The notes beneath the pieces were generated by a model, which saw nothing but the letters and a program-made list of their open reading frames with translations, was not told where the DNA came from and searched no databases. Both the position numbers and the translations under genes were made by a program. Shown piece after piece: positions 1-9,048 of a DNA stretch of 37,147 nucleotides. The stretch lies in the NCBI GenBank assembly GCA_048128005.1, contig JBEUKZ010000091.1, positions 1-37,147 of the forward strand, in the 5' to 3' direction. Source of the DNA: Veleropilina oligotropha. Lineage: Eukaryota. Each line of letters opens with the position of its first letter. Within the stretch, counting starts at the first letter, position 1.

Positions 1-4
1 GAGT

Positions 5-197
5 AGCAGCAGGGGGGGTCAGTGGCCTTTTTAGAATGGAAAAATAAGGCTCCCAGCACCTGTTCAGAACCGAGCTGGTAGTACTGGGGGGACTAGGGAG
101 TTAGGGTGGGGTCCGAGGGCCCGGGGGTGGGGGCTCCCAGCCCTATTTCAGAACCCAGGGTATAGCTTGTATTACAAAAAGTTACCGAGTGTACAGA
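5..197 (+). repeat. Left terminal inverted repeat
   Basis: Reverse complement of 15862-16047 (e.g. agaatggaaaaataaggctcccagcacctgttcagaac vs gttctgaacaggtgctgggagccttatttttccattct), with scattered mismatches and one ~8-bp indel. Confidence 0.95.
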
Positions 198-551
198 GCG
201 AGTAGTATGTAGTAAGAGCCCCAGGGACGGCCCACTACCCTAGCTGGGCAGGCGTATGTTTGTATCCGTGTCGAGAACTGTCTAGACTGTCGGCGGACCC
301 TCTGTGATATTCGGGCTTGATATCTTCGTGTCTATTCTAGAATCATCGCGTCTATTCTAGATCATTCTAGAAGCTGTATTGCCACGTGACGATGAGTCGA
401 CGAGAATACTGTCCACCACGTAAACAAGGGGACCGATACATTTTTTCTGTGCTAACCGGAAGTTCGGGGACCAAAATAATGTTTCTGGACCAACTAGTTT
501 TAACTGGGTTAACCTCGGCGAAGTTCGCAGCTGTCGCATGAAATTTCTGTT

Positions 552-825
552 TGCGATTCGCCTAATAATACACGTGACCATGATGTGAAGGTATCCATGG
601 GCACTGTTCGACTAGGCATTCAACGCAAATGCACTGCGAGGTATTTCATTCATAAATCGGACAATGGATCGACCTGAAAAGTATGCGATTCGCCTAATAC
701 TACACACGACCAAGGTATCCATGAGCACGTTCGCGACTAGGCATTCAGCGCCAACAATATCTATTGATGCGAGGTATTTCATTCATAAATCGGACAATGG
801 GTCGACGACAGCGACCTGAAAAATA
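552..825 (+). repeat. Imperfect tandem duplication, two ~135-bp units
   Basis: tgcgattcgcctaata...aaggtatccatg...gactaggcattca...tgcgaggtatttcattcataaatcggacaatgg...cgacctgaaaa occurs at ~552-683 and ~685-825. Confidence 0.9.
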
Positions 826-842
826 TGTTAGGTCACAGCTGT

Positions 843-1274
843 TTATATAAATTTGTAATTCCCGCTGGCTAGTGTACAGTTGCAGGGCGAGTGATGTCCG
901 ATCTGATTCCACGAACCCATGCAGCCAGTAGATAGCATGGAGAAGTAATGCCCGCGTTTACCACGGCATAAGGACGGCTCAGCGCACTCGATGCAGACCA
1001 CAGTATTTGGGTTGGGGGGAGCCCCCACCCCACACTCATTCTCTCCGATAATAAAGTAGTGGCACGAGGGTGGGGATACCTCAGGGGTGGGGTCTCCCGG
1101 GCGAAGAAGCAAGTTTCTACGCAAGGGGTCAAATTGGGCGTTATACCTGGGATGATTTCGGTACCTAGCCCACGTATGTTCGAGAATTAATGCAGTGTCG
1201 TGTCTCGACGCCTGGGTAGAGACACCCCCTAGCCAGCACACCGCGGCAATGCACAGAAGTAGCATGGATTTCAT
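843..1274 (-). CDS. Secreted cysteine-rich protein (143 aa)
   Basis: ATG start, signal-peptide-like MKSMLLLCIAAVCWLGGVSTQA, and a C-terminal half with 8 Cys ending in PCNCT. Confidence 0.7.
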   Translation of the reverse strand: MKSMLLLCIAAVCWLGGVSTQASRHDTALILEHTWARYRNHPRYNAQFDPLRRNLLLRPGDPTPEVSPPSCHYFIIGENECGVGAPPNPNTVVCIECAEPSLCRGKRGHYFSMLSTGCMGSWNQIGHHSPCNCTLASGNYKFI

Positions 1275-1356
1275 GGTTGTCCAGATATCACTGTCGATTT
1301 CTAGCTTTAATACGGGGGAGGAGGGGGGTAGTCGTGGCTACGCTCAACCTGGATAG

Positions 1357-1989
1357 TTAGTCACCAGCTCCGATTTTTTTCAGCAGCTCTGCGCGACTCT
1401 CTAAACGACCACGCTCAATAAGCTCGCTCTGGGTCTGTGAAATCGCGGTGTGCGCCTTCCTACTCTTATCCCGAATTGATGCCTTCATGGCTTGGTATTT
1501 CTCCATCTCCCCTGTGACCAGTTGGAATTCATCATCAGACATCACCCCGTCCGCTAAGGCCTTTGAGACGTGGTCGGTTATGGTATTCAGCTTGCTGTCG
1601 GCAAGTACTCTGATCTCGTCGTGCTTCTTAGCCTTCACCCCGAGGCGGCGGCTGATATATTTCCCACCCATGCTAGCGAGCCCACACCCCAACGCCACTA
1701 ATTCCAGCACTAGGACAACAGGTGCGGCAACGATCGTGGACAACAGTCCGATGCTGGCGCTACCCATACCAAGGGTGGCGACGACTAGCCCGTTATCTAT
1801 CCCGTCAACGACGTTAACACCTCTGCGGTACTTCTTGTACAATGCAGCTCTTGCGTCTCTCTCTCGCTCTAGCTGTCCCTGGAGCTCATTCACTTTCTGT
1901 AGTCGGAAAGACTGTGCCTCCGGCAGTTCCGAAGGCACATCGCCACCAAGCTGTGGGTACAGCGTTGGCGCTGAGGGCTTGTTGTTCAT
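1357..1989 (-). CDS. Membrane protein with coiled coil and hydrophobic hairpin (210 aa); N-terminal PSAP and LYPxL motifs
   Basis: ATG overlaps the stop of the upstream ORF (ATGA at 1986-1989). Two hydrophobic Gly/Ala-rich segments are flanked by helical charged regions. Confidence 0.85.
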   Translation of the reverse strand: MNNKPSAPTLYPQLGGDVPSELPEAQSFRLQKVNELQGQLERERDARAALYKKYRRGVNVVDGIDNGLVVATLGMGSASIGLLSTIVAAPVVLVLELVALGCGLASMGGKYISRRLGVKAKKHDEIRVLADSKLNTITDHVSKALADGVMSDDEFQLVTGEMEKYQAMKASIRDKSRKAHTAISQTQSELIERGRLESRAELLKKIGAGD

Positions 1990-2348
1990 TGTTCGTGGCT
2001 GTATTGTTCAGCCTGTTGATTCCGAATGTCTACCATTACGGAAACGTTCAAATACAGAGTGCCAACCCACGGGGCCTTGACGACGAAGGCGAGGGTCAGC
2101 CTGTCCGAATTCAGGCCAAGCGTACTTATGGAACATGCTTTGGGGCCCCCGGCGGGCTGGACCGGCGTCATGTGGATCATTAGGAGGGCTGGGTTCAACC
2201 CAAACCGGCCTCCATTATTGGGAAGAAGGAACTCCCTCTTCGCCAGTCCCTTCTTCTTGGGTGCTTCTCCACAATTAAGAACAAAGTGCCACCGGGTCGG
2301 GGAAGAGGGCTCATCTGCCCGCAGGGTCCCATAGATGCTGCTGCTCAT
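1986..2348 (-). CDS. Hypothetical viral protein (120 aa)
   Basis: ATG overlaps the stop of the penton-like gene (TAATG), and its own stop overlaps the next ATG. It tiles the minus-strand block exactly. Confidence 0.65.
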   Translation of the reverse strand: MSSSIYGTLRADEPSSPTRWHFVLNCGEAPKKKGLAKREFLLPNNGGRFGLNPALLMIHMTPVQPAGGPKACSISTLGLNSDRLTLAFVVKAPWVGTLYLNVSVMVDIRNQQAEQYSHEQ

Positions 2349-3087
2349 TATATCGCAAGGACTGCGGTAATGGGCATGCCGTGATTGTCGATTGGGTTAC
2401 CATCTGCGTCTGTAATGTACACCTTCAACTCCGTGATAATCCCGGCCTGTAGTCGCCGGCCGGCGGGATAGCTATGATAGTAGCCAGCCTCACCGAATAT
2501 CTGTGATGTGATAGGGACCACCGCGAGAATAGTGCTCGGGGCTCCGTCCTTCACATTGTGTGTCGTACTGAGCTGCTCCAGGTGGACGTGCAGGGTCGGC
2601 GCTATGGCAAACCCTACCGGCTTATTCCCGTCATAAGTCCCAGGACGTAGCCACTCGGATCTCTCCGGAGGGGGAGGTGGATGGCCCTGTACTCCGGTGC
2701 GAAGGGGAGGGTTCAGATTCCCCGATTTATCGAGAATGAACGAAGACAGGGGTAAGCCTAGGAGTTTCCTGATATCGTCGCTTTTCGCTAGTCGGGTCCC
2801 CTCTGGGACTACGACTCGGGCGAGCCCTGTAGCATGGCTTACATCTAGCTGTATGTTACCTAGCGACCTCTTCATCGTCTTGGCGAGGTCATCGAAGCTT
2901 TAGAACCTGGTGCCACCTCTACCGTGGTATCGGGGGTCTTAAAGAAGGCTCCGGCATGCACGTTGTGCCAGCCGACCCAATAGTCGAGCGACTGCAAGCT
3001 GACACATAGTTTGCCTTCCCGGTTGTCAATCGGCTCCAGGAGGGCAACCGCGGTCCCCGTTTGAACACTCGTTAATGTGTGAAACAT
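2348..3087 (-). pseudogene. Putative minor capsid (penton-like) protein, disrupted near 2900
   Basis: ORFs 2872-3117 and 2348-2875 join as ...VEVAPG[F*]SFDDLAKTMKR..., resembling the PxGxY motif. The C-terminus LHVHLEQLS...STILAVVP...ELKVYITDADGNPIDNHG is the beta-rich pattern I recognise from Polinton pentons. Likely ATG at 3087. Confidence 0.75.
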
Positions 3088-3091
3088 AGCT

Positions 3092-4351
3092 ATGGCTAAG
3101 AGCGCCTTCGTGTTCAATAGGAGTGCGGCCTATACGACCGGTGTGGTGTACCCAGCAAAGATCAAAGATGAGCAGCTTACGAGACCAAGCATCAATGTGG
3201 GTAATAGCTCAACCACTGCATTCGAGGCCAAATATCCCGACGTATTTCAAAAGTATCGCCTCCCACATGTCGCGAGTGACCGACTGATAAGGGCTTGGCA
3301 GACCACACCGATGCGGTTCTGGCAGAACAAGGTCAATTTCGCAGTATGGTGTGCCACAACAGGTTCCGGGATCTACTCAGAAGACCACTTGAATGCGACC
3401 GACCCCCTCTCCAGAGCCGTATTCACCTTCCACGTATACTATCAGGTCAGAAGGATCTTGACCGAGATTCAGGCCCCGCTGCCACAAGACCGGACGTGGG
3501 ATGCATTCGACACCCCGTATGACCGAAGGGCATATGAAAAGATCTGCAGCGAATTCGGAGTGTCCCCACATACCGACTGGCGTGTCAAGGGTCCCAATGG
3601 CGGACTAGGCACCGCTTACAGCTACTTGACGAACAACGGCTACCACCCCATCGGACGTGAGTATGATCCAAGCCGAATGTCCTTCACCAAAGGTACGACC
3701 AACACGAATCTGCACGTGGACTACATCGCGCAAGCGCCTGCGCTTTCAAACGGCTGGGCTTCCTTTATTCTGGACAAGTCGGCGGGATTCACGAGGGCCG
3801 GCGTGGAGAGGCTCAATGACTCCATCAGGACCTACGTCTGGGCGATTCTTGGAGCGCAGGCTCAAACGCGTGCAGGCATTCTGGGTAGTGGGACGGCATT
3901 TGACGCACAGAAACAATACCTGGCGAACGTCGAGGACGCCATCGCATCGCCAGTGGACCTCCCAGCAGCAATCAAAAGGTACCAAGAGGTGCTACAGTAT
4001 GCCAGGTCCAAGGTAGACTTCGTATTCGGCGTTGGCCTGTACATGGCGCCAAGTAACATGCTTCTACGGATCGGGCAGGTGGCTGGTTATAACAACGAGA
4101 TCGTCGTCGCCACGGACGACCAGACACTCGGTCTTAATACGACTGTCAACGGCGCCAGTGTGCCGCCCAATGCCGCTGGGGATACTGGAGAAACAGGACT
4201 GGTTATTCCACAAGACGCAGATGCAAGCATACCGGTAGTCACTCTGAAGCATCTAAATGCTGCCCCGGTAGCTGTGGCACATGACGAGGAGAAGACCGCA
4301 CTTATCGTGGGCGGCATTGTCGTTGGTCTAGCGTTCATTTGGCTTACGTGA
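3092..4351 (+). CDS. Unknown viral protein with C-terminal membrane anchor (419 aa)
   Basis: Long intact ORF with an aromatic-rich globular region, a low-complexity linker and a terminal hydrophobic helix (ALIVGGIVVGLAFIWLT). Confidence 0.85.
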   Translation: MAKSAFVFNRSAAYTTGVVYPAKIKDEQLTRPSINVGNSSTTAFEAKYPDVFQKYRLPHVASDRLIRAWQTTPMRFWQNKVNFAVWCATTGSGIYSEDHLNATDPLSRAVFTFHVYYQVRRILTEIQAPLPQDRTWDAFDTPYDRRAYEKICSEFGVSPHTDWRVKGPNGGLGTAYSYLTNNGYHPIGREYDPSRMSFTKGTTNTNLHVDYIAQAPALSNGWASFILDKSAGFTRAGVERLNDSIRTYVWAILGAQAQTRAGILGSGTAFDAQKQYLANVEDAIASPVDLPAAIKRYQEVLQYARSKVDFVFGVGLYMAPSNMLLRIGQVAGYNNEIVVATDDQTLGLNTTVNGASVPPNAAGDTGETGLVIPQDADASIPVVTLKHLNAAPVAVAHDEEKTALIVGGIVVGLAFIWLT

Positions 4352-5640
4352 CCCACTGTCTAGCGGCAATAAGAAGCAAGCCCCCAACTGATATAATCAC
4401 AGCCCACAGGTTTTCAGCAAGCCACGACGCTGTCTTGCCGACCAGGTTGATTAGCCAGGAGACCAGGCTTCCAAGTATTCTGGGGAGCGCGGCTGCGGCC
4501 TTTCCCGCGAGTTTGCCTAGAAGCCGACCTAAGGTCTTCAGCTGCTTTTTGACCCACTCCTTGACCCCCCCTGACCACTGGGAGGTGGTGGTGGCGTTGG
4601 CGGGCTTGTTGCTCCGCCTGTCAGGGCTAGTACCAAAGTCGAGATAGCGAGCCCGATCGCGGTCACTATGGTTGCAATCGTGACCCCCTGCTCGCGAAAC
4701 AGGGTCCGGATACGCTCGGCCAGCATGGTATCTGAGTGGAGTATCCGATTTAGCATCTCTCGGATCCGGCTGATTTGAGAGCGAAGGGCCTCCCGGCTGG
4801 ATCCGGCTGCCTCGAGGCGAGCTGTTCTCTCGTCATGTAAATTGCGCAGACGTTCCGCGATCCGTCGATGGACGAACTCATCCACACCGCCCTCTTCATC
4901 TGCCCGATCGAGCTTCATCTTCTCCAGCTCTATGTGTTCGTCCAGCGCCGTTAGTTTGGCTAAGTTGTTAGTGAGCTTGCCTCGAATGGTCTGCATCGCC
5001 TTGTCCAGCCCACGAAGCTCACGAAGATTGAATGGAGGGGGTCCCCCTCCACCGAGTTCAAGAACTCTTCAACTTCAGCATCGGTGAACGTCGTCTCCAT
5101 GTTGTGGATCGCAGCCGATGCCTTTGTCGCGGTCTGCCCAAAGTCCTGCAGTTCCACGTTGTCTACGTTGGCGGCCGCACCGCTCAACTCATTGTTGGCT
5201 GTCTGAAATGCTGCAACCGCTTTTGAGGACAGCTTCTGTCCCCCTTTCCCCCGCTTCTCTGGCCACGTCCATTCTTCGAATCCCAACCCTTTTCTGATCA
5301 CTTTACCCCCACCTCTCCGGTTAGCTAGCGTTGACAACGCATTGGGTTTTTTCGATCTAGAATTGATGAGATCGATGTTTGGATATTTCTTCAGCCGCAA
5401 TCCCTCCCCCTCCACGTACTCGAACTGGGAATAATCACGCCACGTAGGCAAGGTCTGCCCCTCCTCCGACAGGGCTTTGTAGTAGTCATCAACCGCGTCC
5501 TTCACGAACTCTTGCCGCTGACTGCTGGTTCCTTCCTGTGGCCGTTCCGAAAGAACAGGCTCAATCCAGTCCGTGGATCCAACCTCACCATCATCGTCGA
5601 TGATGTCGGGCTCGAATGTGGGGTTCTCAAATTCCGCCAT
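4344..5640 (-). CDS. Coiled-coil and membrane-helix protein (~430 aa), split by two -1 homopolymer frameshifts
   Basis: ORF 4960-5640 joins ORF 4538-4996 at the G/C runs near 5040 (...PPFNLRELRGLDKAMQT...). It then joins a third frame at the C7 run near 4565-4571 (VKEWVKKQLKTLGRLLGKLAGKAAAALPRILGSLVSWLINLVGKTASWLAENLWAVIISVGGLLLIAARQWVT*). Stop at 4344-4346. Confidence 0.8.
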
Positions 5641-5679
5641 TTGAATACACCGGTGGGGTACGCATCTAATTCAGACAAC

Positions 5680-6962
5680 ATCGCCAGCACGTATGGATGC
5701 ACGTTGAATCCATACCGCAGACTTCGAGAGCCTCTTGGGGTGAAAGGGGTCCGCCAGTCGGTCACGATAACGAACAACCCATCCACTATTGCTGCCAACC
5801 AGCAGCTGTTGGTTCGGTTCCCGAATCTCGGGACTCACGACGTAATCGTGCCAGGGACTGCCCACCTCGCATTCACCATTTCTCTGACCTCGGCTAACCC
5901 AAACAGAACTGTAGTTCAGAATATCGGACGCGCCGTGGTCAAGAAGACCACGATAAAGATAAGTGGGAACGAAGTCATGTCTATAGATGACTCCGACGTG
6001 TACCACTGCTACTGCGATCTCTGGAAGACCGCAGGGGAGCGCAATAATGCCCAATATCAGGGTATTGATACCAGCGACAGCCACAACACGACGAAGAACC
6101 GTGTTGGCGCTGAGGGCGCCTTCAGACGTTCTGAGGACACAGCTATATCGGACGCGTACGGCCCAAGGTTCCGCATCCCGCTGGATTTCGAGTTGCTGGA
6201 GAGCCATATGCCGTTCTACCAAAGCGCGTTGGGGGACCGTCTTGAGTACGAGCTTACGTTCAACGACTACTCCCAGACAATCAGGGACACTGATGACCCC
6301 AGCTCCAGCTACGTCATCGACAATATCAGCCTGGAATACGACATGGTCACTAATCTTGAGCTTGCCAGATCGATAAAAAACCAATACTCGGGCCGCCTCG
6401 TGATCCTTTACGATCGTGTCCTGCGGAATCGTAAGATTACGAGAGACAAGAGTGACACTTTGTGGAATTTAAATTTGAATGTACCGGCGAAATCCATGAA
6501 GGGTATCCTACTTCTGTTCGAGGATCCTGCGAGAGACGCTGTACCATTCGCGAGGGACACCGAGGCCTTCTACAATCCGAAGATCACGAAGGTCGAGGTC
6601 ACTATTGAGGGTGTGCCGAATCAACTATACAGCCAGGGCATGCGTTCCTACCAGATGTGGGACGAAGCCAGGAGATTCTTCGCCTCCTCTCCGATCAGCA
6701 AACGCCATCCTGAGGTCGCGATGGTTGCCAAGGACTTGGCGCTGGCGGACGTCACCCTGGGCGAGTTTCTGACGAAAAAGTTCGCACTCTGGATCGACCT
6801 GCGCATGGGTCAGGCCGGAAAGTAGATAACGCCAGCGAGGGCATTACGATTCAGATCACGAAGACAGGCGAAGCCGCCGGCCCGTTGAACGTCTACATGT
6901 TCGTGATAATGGACGCGCAGCTGCATATTGAAAATGGCAGATTTGTCACCGCGCTGTACTAG
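5680..6962 (+). pseudogene. Putative major capsid protein (double jelly-roll type); start codon and C-terminal frame disrupted
   Basis: ~425-codon beta-rich ORF directly upstream of the ATPase. After ...LWIDLR the protein continues in another frame as HGSGRKVDNASEGITIQITKTGEAAGPLNVYMFVIMDAQLHIENGRFVTALY* (stop 6960-6962). Probable start is aacATCgcc at 5680, i.e. ATG>ATC. Confidence 0.75.
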
Positions 6963-7569
6963 TAGACGGTTCCCCCACCCCAAGGACCCCCACTCCGCGA
7001 TCATCTGCGGCCAGACCGGCTGCGGGAAGACCTTGTTTATACTTGAACTTCTGGAGGGGGAGTACTTAGGAGTGTTCAAGCACATCGTCATTCTATGCCC
7101 AACGATCAAGTTCAATCAGGCATACCAGTCATGCCCATGGATCTGGACCGACCCTGAGGTGTACTTGATCCCCCCCGGTGAGCGGCTCCATGATTGGTTG
7201 CGGGGGTTCTACCAACTGGTCCAGGGAGAATCAACCCTATACATCATCGATGACTGCGCCACCAGCAAAGCCCTAGCCAAGAGAAGGGATATGCTGACTT
7301 TGTTGGCCTTCAGCGGAAGACACGCCGAACAGAGTGTATGGGTAGTGACGCAGAAATATAACTCGGTATTGAAAGAGCTACGTGAGCAGACCCGCTGGAT
7401 CGCGCTGTTTCACTGCAAGGACCGCGACAGTTATGAAGACTGCCTTCGCGAGAACAACGTCATCGAGTCGCAGGATGAAAGAACCGCGGTTCGCCGGCTG
7501 TTGGCCGAGACCAAGCATGCCAAGCTTCTGTTGAAAACTGATCAGCCAGTTGCTTATAGTGTGCTATAG
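6934..7569 (+). CDS. A32/FtsK-HerA-like DNA packaging ATPase
   Basis: Walker A IICGQTGCGKT, Walker B YIIDD, SGRH motif, VVTQ, and LREQ arginine-finger region. Confidence 0.92.
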   Translation: MADLSPRCTSRRFPHPKDPHSAIICGQTGCGKTLFILELLEGEYLGVFKHIVILCPTIKFNQAYQSCPWIWTDPEVYLIPPGERLHDWLRGFYQLVQGESTLYIIDDCATSKALAKRRDMLTLLAFSGRHAEQSVWVVTQKYNSVLKELREQTRWIALFHCKDRDSYEDCLRENNVIESQDERTAVRRLLAETKHAKLLLKTDQPVAYSVL

Positions 7570-7610
7570 CTACCCAGCAGCTACTTAGCATCTGCCCAGC
7601 AAGCTCTCGC

Positions 7611-8360
7611 ATGTCGGACGCTGTATATCTAGCTTTTGCTTGCAGCCAGAGCCTGGTATTGTTGCTACTCGTAACGTTGTGGTATTGGCATTATCGCTAT
7701 ATTAGACTGGCGAGGAGATGTTGGAAACGCTTAAGGATGGACAGCCTTATCGATCAACTCATGGACGACGAGGAAGAAACGACCGTGGGCGGCCATGGCT
7801 CGACGACCAAATGCTGCTCACAGCACGAGGAACCTGTCAGTGGCTCCATAGGGATGGCAAAGAAACGGGAGAGGCTTGCCGCGTTAGCCATCGGAGGGGA
7901 TGCCAGCAAATACTTGGGGAGAAACCTCACGGTTGACCGAATCGACGATATGACTGACGACGAGGTTGAGAAACACCACGCACGGTATGAAGCGAAGCTA
8001 GGTGCTGACATGACGAAGACCCTGGGGACTGCCGCTATACAGCTGTATGCTGGTGCAGCTGGGATGTTCTTGCCCATGCCGCCGGAGAACCAACCACATC
8101 TGGTCGCTGACCTCGAGGCCGATCCTTTCATCGCCCATGCTCTCCGTGGTGCAAGCTGTGAGCTGTATTATAAGTATGGCATGTGGCTAGCGCCGCTGAC
8201 CGCCGTGTTGACCACTGCGAAGCACTGCCAATTTGGACATGTTTGCCCGTCTAAAATATCAGAGCGAGATCAAGATGACAACGCTGGAAGTGGACCAAAT
8301 TTCGGCACCGAGCCCGCCGATAGAGAGGGTGACTTCTTCGACAGACTCATCAGTGAGTAA
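7611..8360 (+). CDS. Hypothetical helical viral protein (start 7611 or 7737)
   Basis: Intact ORF in the plus-strand block; has a hydrophobic N-terminal segment if the first ATG is used. Confidence 0.75.
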   Translation: MSDAVYLAFACSQSLVLLLLVTLWYWHYRYIRLARRCWKRLRMDSLIDQLMDDEEETTVGGHGSTTKCCSQHEEPVSGSIGMAKKRERLAALAIGGDASKYLGRNLTVDRIDDMTDDEVEKHHARYEAKLGADMTKTLGTAAIQLYAGAAGMFLPMPPENQPHLVADLEADPFIAHALRGASCELYYKYGMWLAPLTAVLTTAKHCQFGHVCPSKISERDQDDNAGSGPNFGTEPADREGDFFDRLISE

Positions 8361-8763
8361 AAAGGACCCTAAGAAGGTCGCAGCAGGTCGGGCCGGGGCC
8401 GCTGCTCGGAAATTCAAACAGGAGAAGCTGCTTGAGGTGGTTAGAAAACTCAAAGAAGATGCTCGACAAGTATCCGTCAGCGAAGTTCCTTCAGACCTAC
8501 CGGAGGCACAGCCCCAACAAAAACACAGTGGTGCCCCGGCCGAGGTGACCGCGGTCGAAAAGTCAGCTACACGGAAATCGGACCCATTTAATTGGACCCA
8601 GGTAGCCGTTGCTGCCGGTACGGTTGCGTTGCTATTTGTTGTCTGGAGACGCAACAGTGGTCCATCCACACCACATCAACAGCCACCAGCACAGGCGAGG
8701 CAGCCCCACACCCCAACCACCACCGAATTGAAGAATGAGCACAACCCGTTCCATATGCGATAG
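8275..8763 (+). CDS. Low-complexity protein with basic motif and one transmembrane helix
   Basis: KKDPKKVAAGRAGAAARKFKQEK basic helix and WTQVAVAAGTVALLFVVWRR TM segment; ATG at 8275. Confidence 0.75.
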   Translation: MTTLEVDQISAPSPPIERVTSSTDSSVSKKDPKKVAAGRAGAAARKFKQEKLLEVVRKLKEDARQVSVSEVPSDLPEAQPQQKHSGAPAEVTAVEKSATRKSDPFNWTQVAVAAGTVALLFVVWRRNSGPSTPHQQPPAQARQPHTPTTTELKNEHNPFHMR

Positions 8764-8777
8764 TCTCAGTACGAAAC

Positions 8778-9017
8778 ATGACTACCCCAATCACCGATGG
8801 AAAAATGCTTGGCAACGCTGTCTATCACGCAGCTATAGTGTCAGGCCTTGCCATAGGCTACGCACGCCTGACAAAGATGGTATTCAAGGGACCAAGCCCC
8901 AAGCTGGACTTCACGGGGTACGATGTCGGGATGGTCGTCCTCGACGTAGCGCTCGCCATGGCGACGAAGGACATGCTGATCAAGCAAGGCATCATTCCGG
9001 CCGACGTTTTGAAGTAG
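8778..9017 (+). CDS. Small hydrophobic membrane protein (79 aa)
   Basis: Good start context (aacATGa), two hydrophobic helices, and it tiles between its neighbours. Confidence 0.75.
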   Translation: MTTPITDGKMLGNAVYHAAIVSGLAIGYARLTKMVFKGPSPKLDFTGYDVGMVVLDVALAMATKDMLIKQGIIPADVLK

Positions 9018-9048
9018 TGGGACCTTGCTAGATAATCGCAGCACTTCA

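Noticed and set aside
1448..2334. Plus-strand ORFs 1448-2080, 1842-2183, 2026-2334
   Set aside because: Antisense shadows of the tiled minus-strand genes, with non-ATG starts or no motifs.
5512..5679. N-terminal extension of the capsid ORF from TTG 5512
   Set aside because: It overlaps the divergent gene starting at 5640 and is probably just open frame upstream of the real start.
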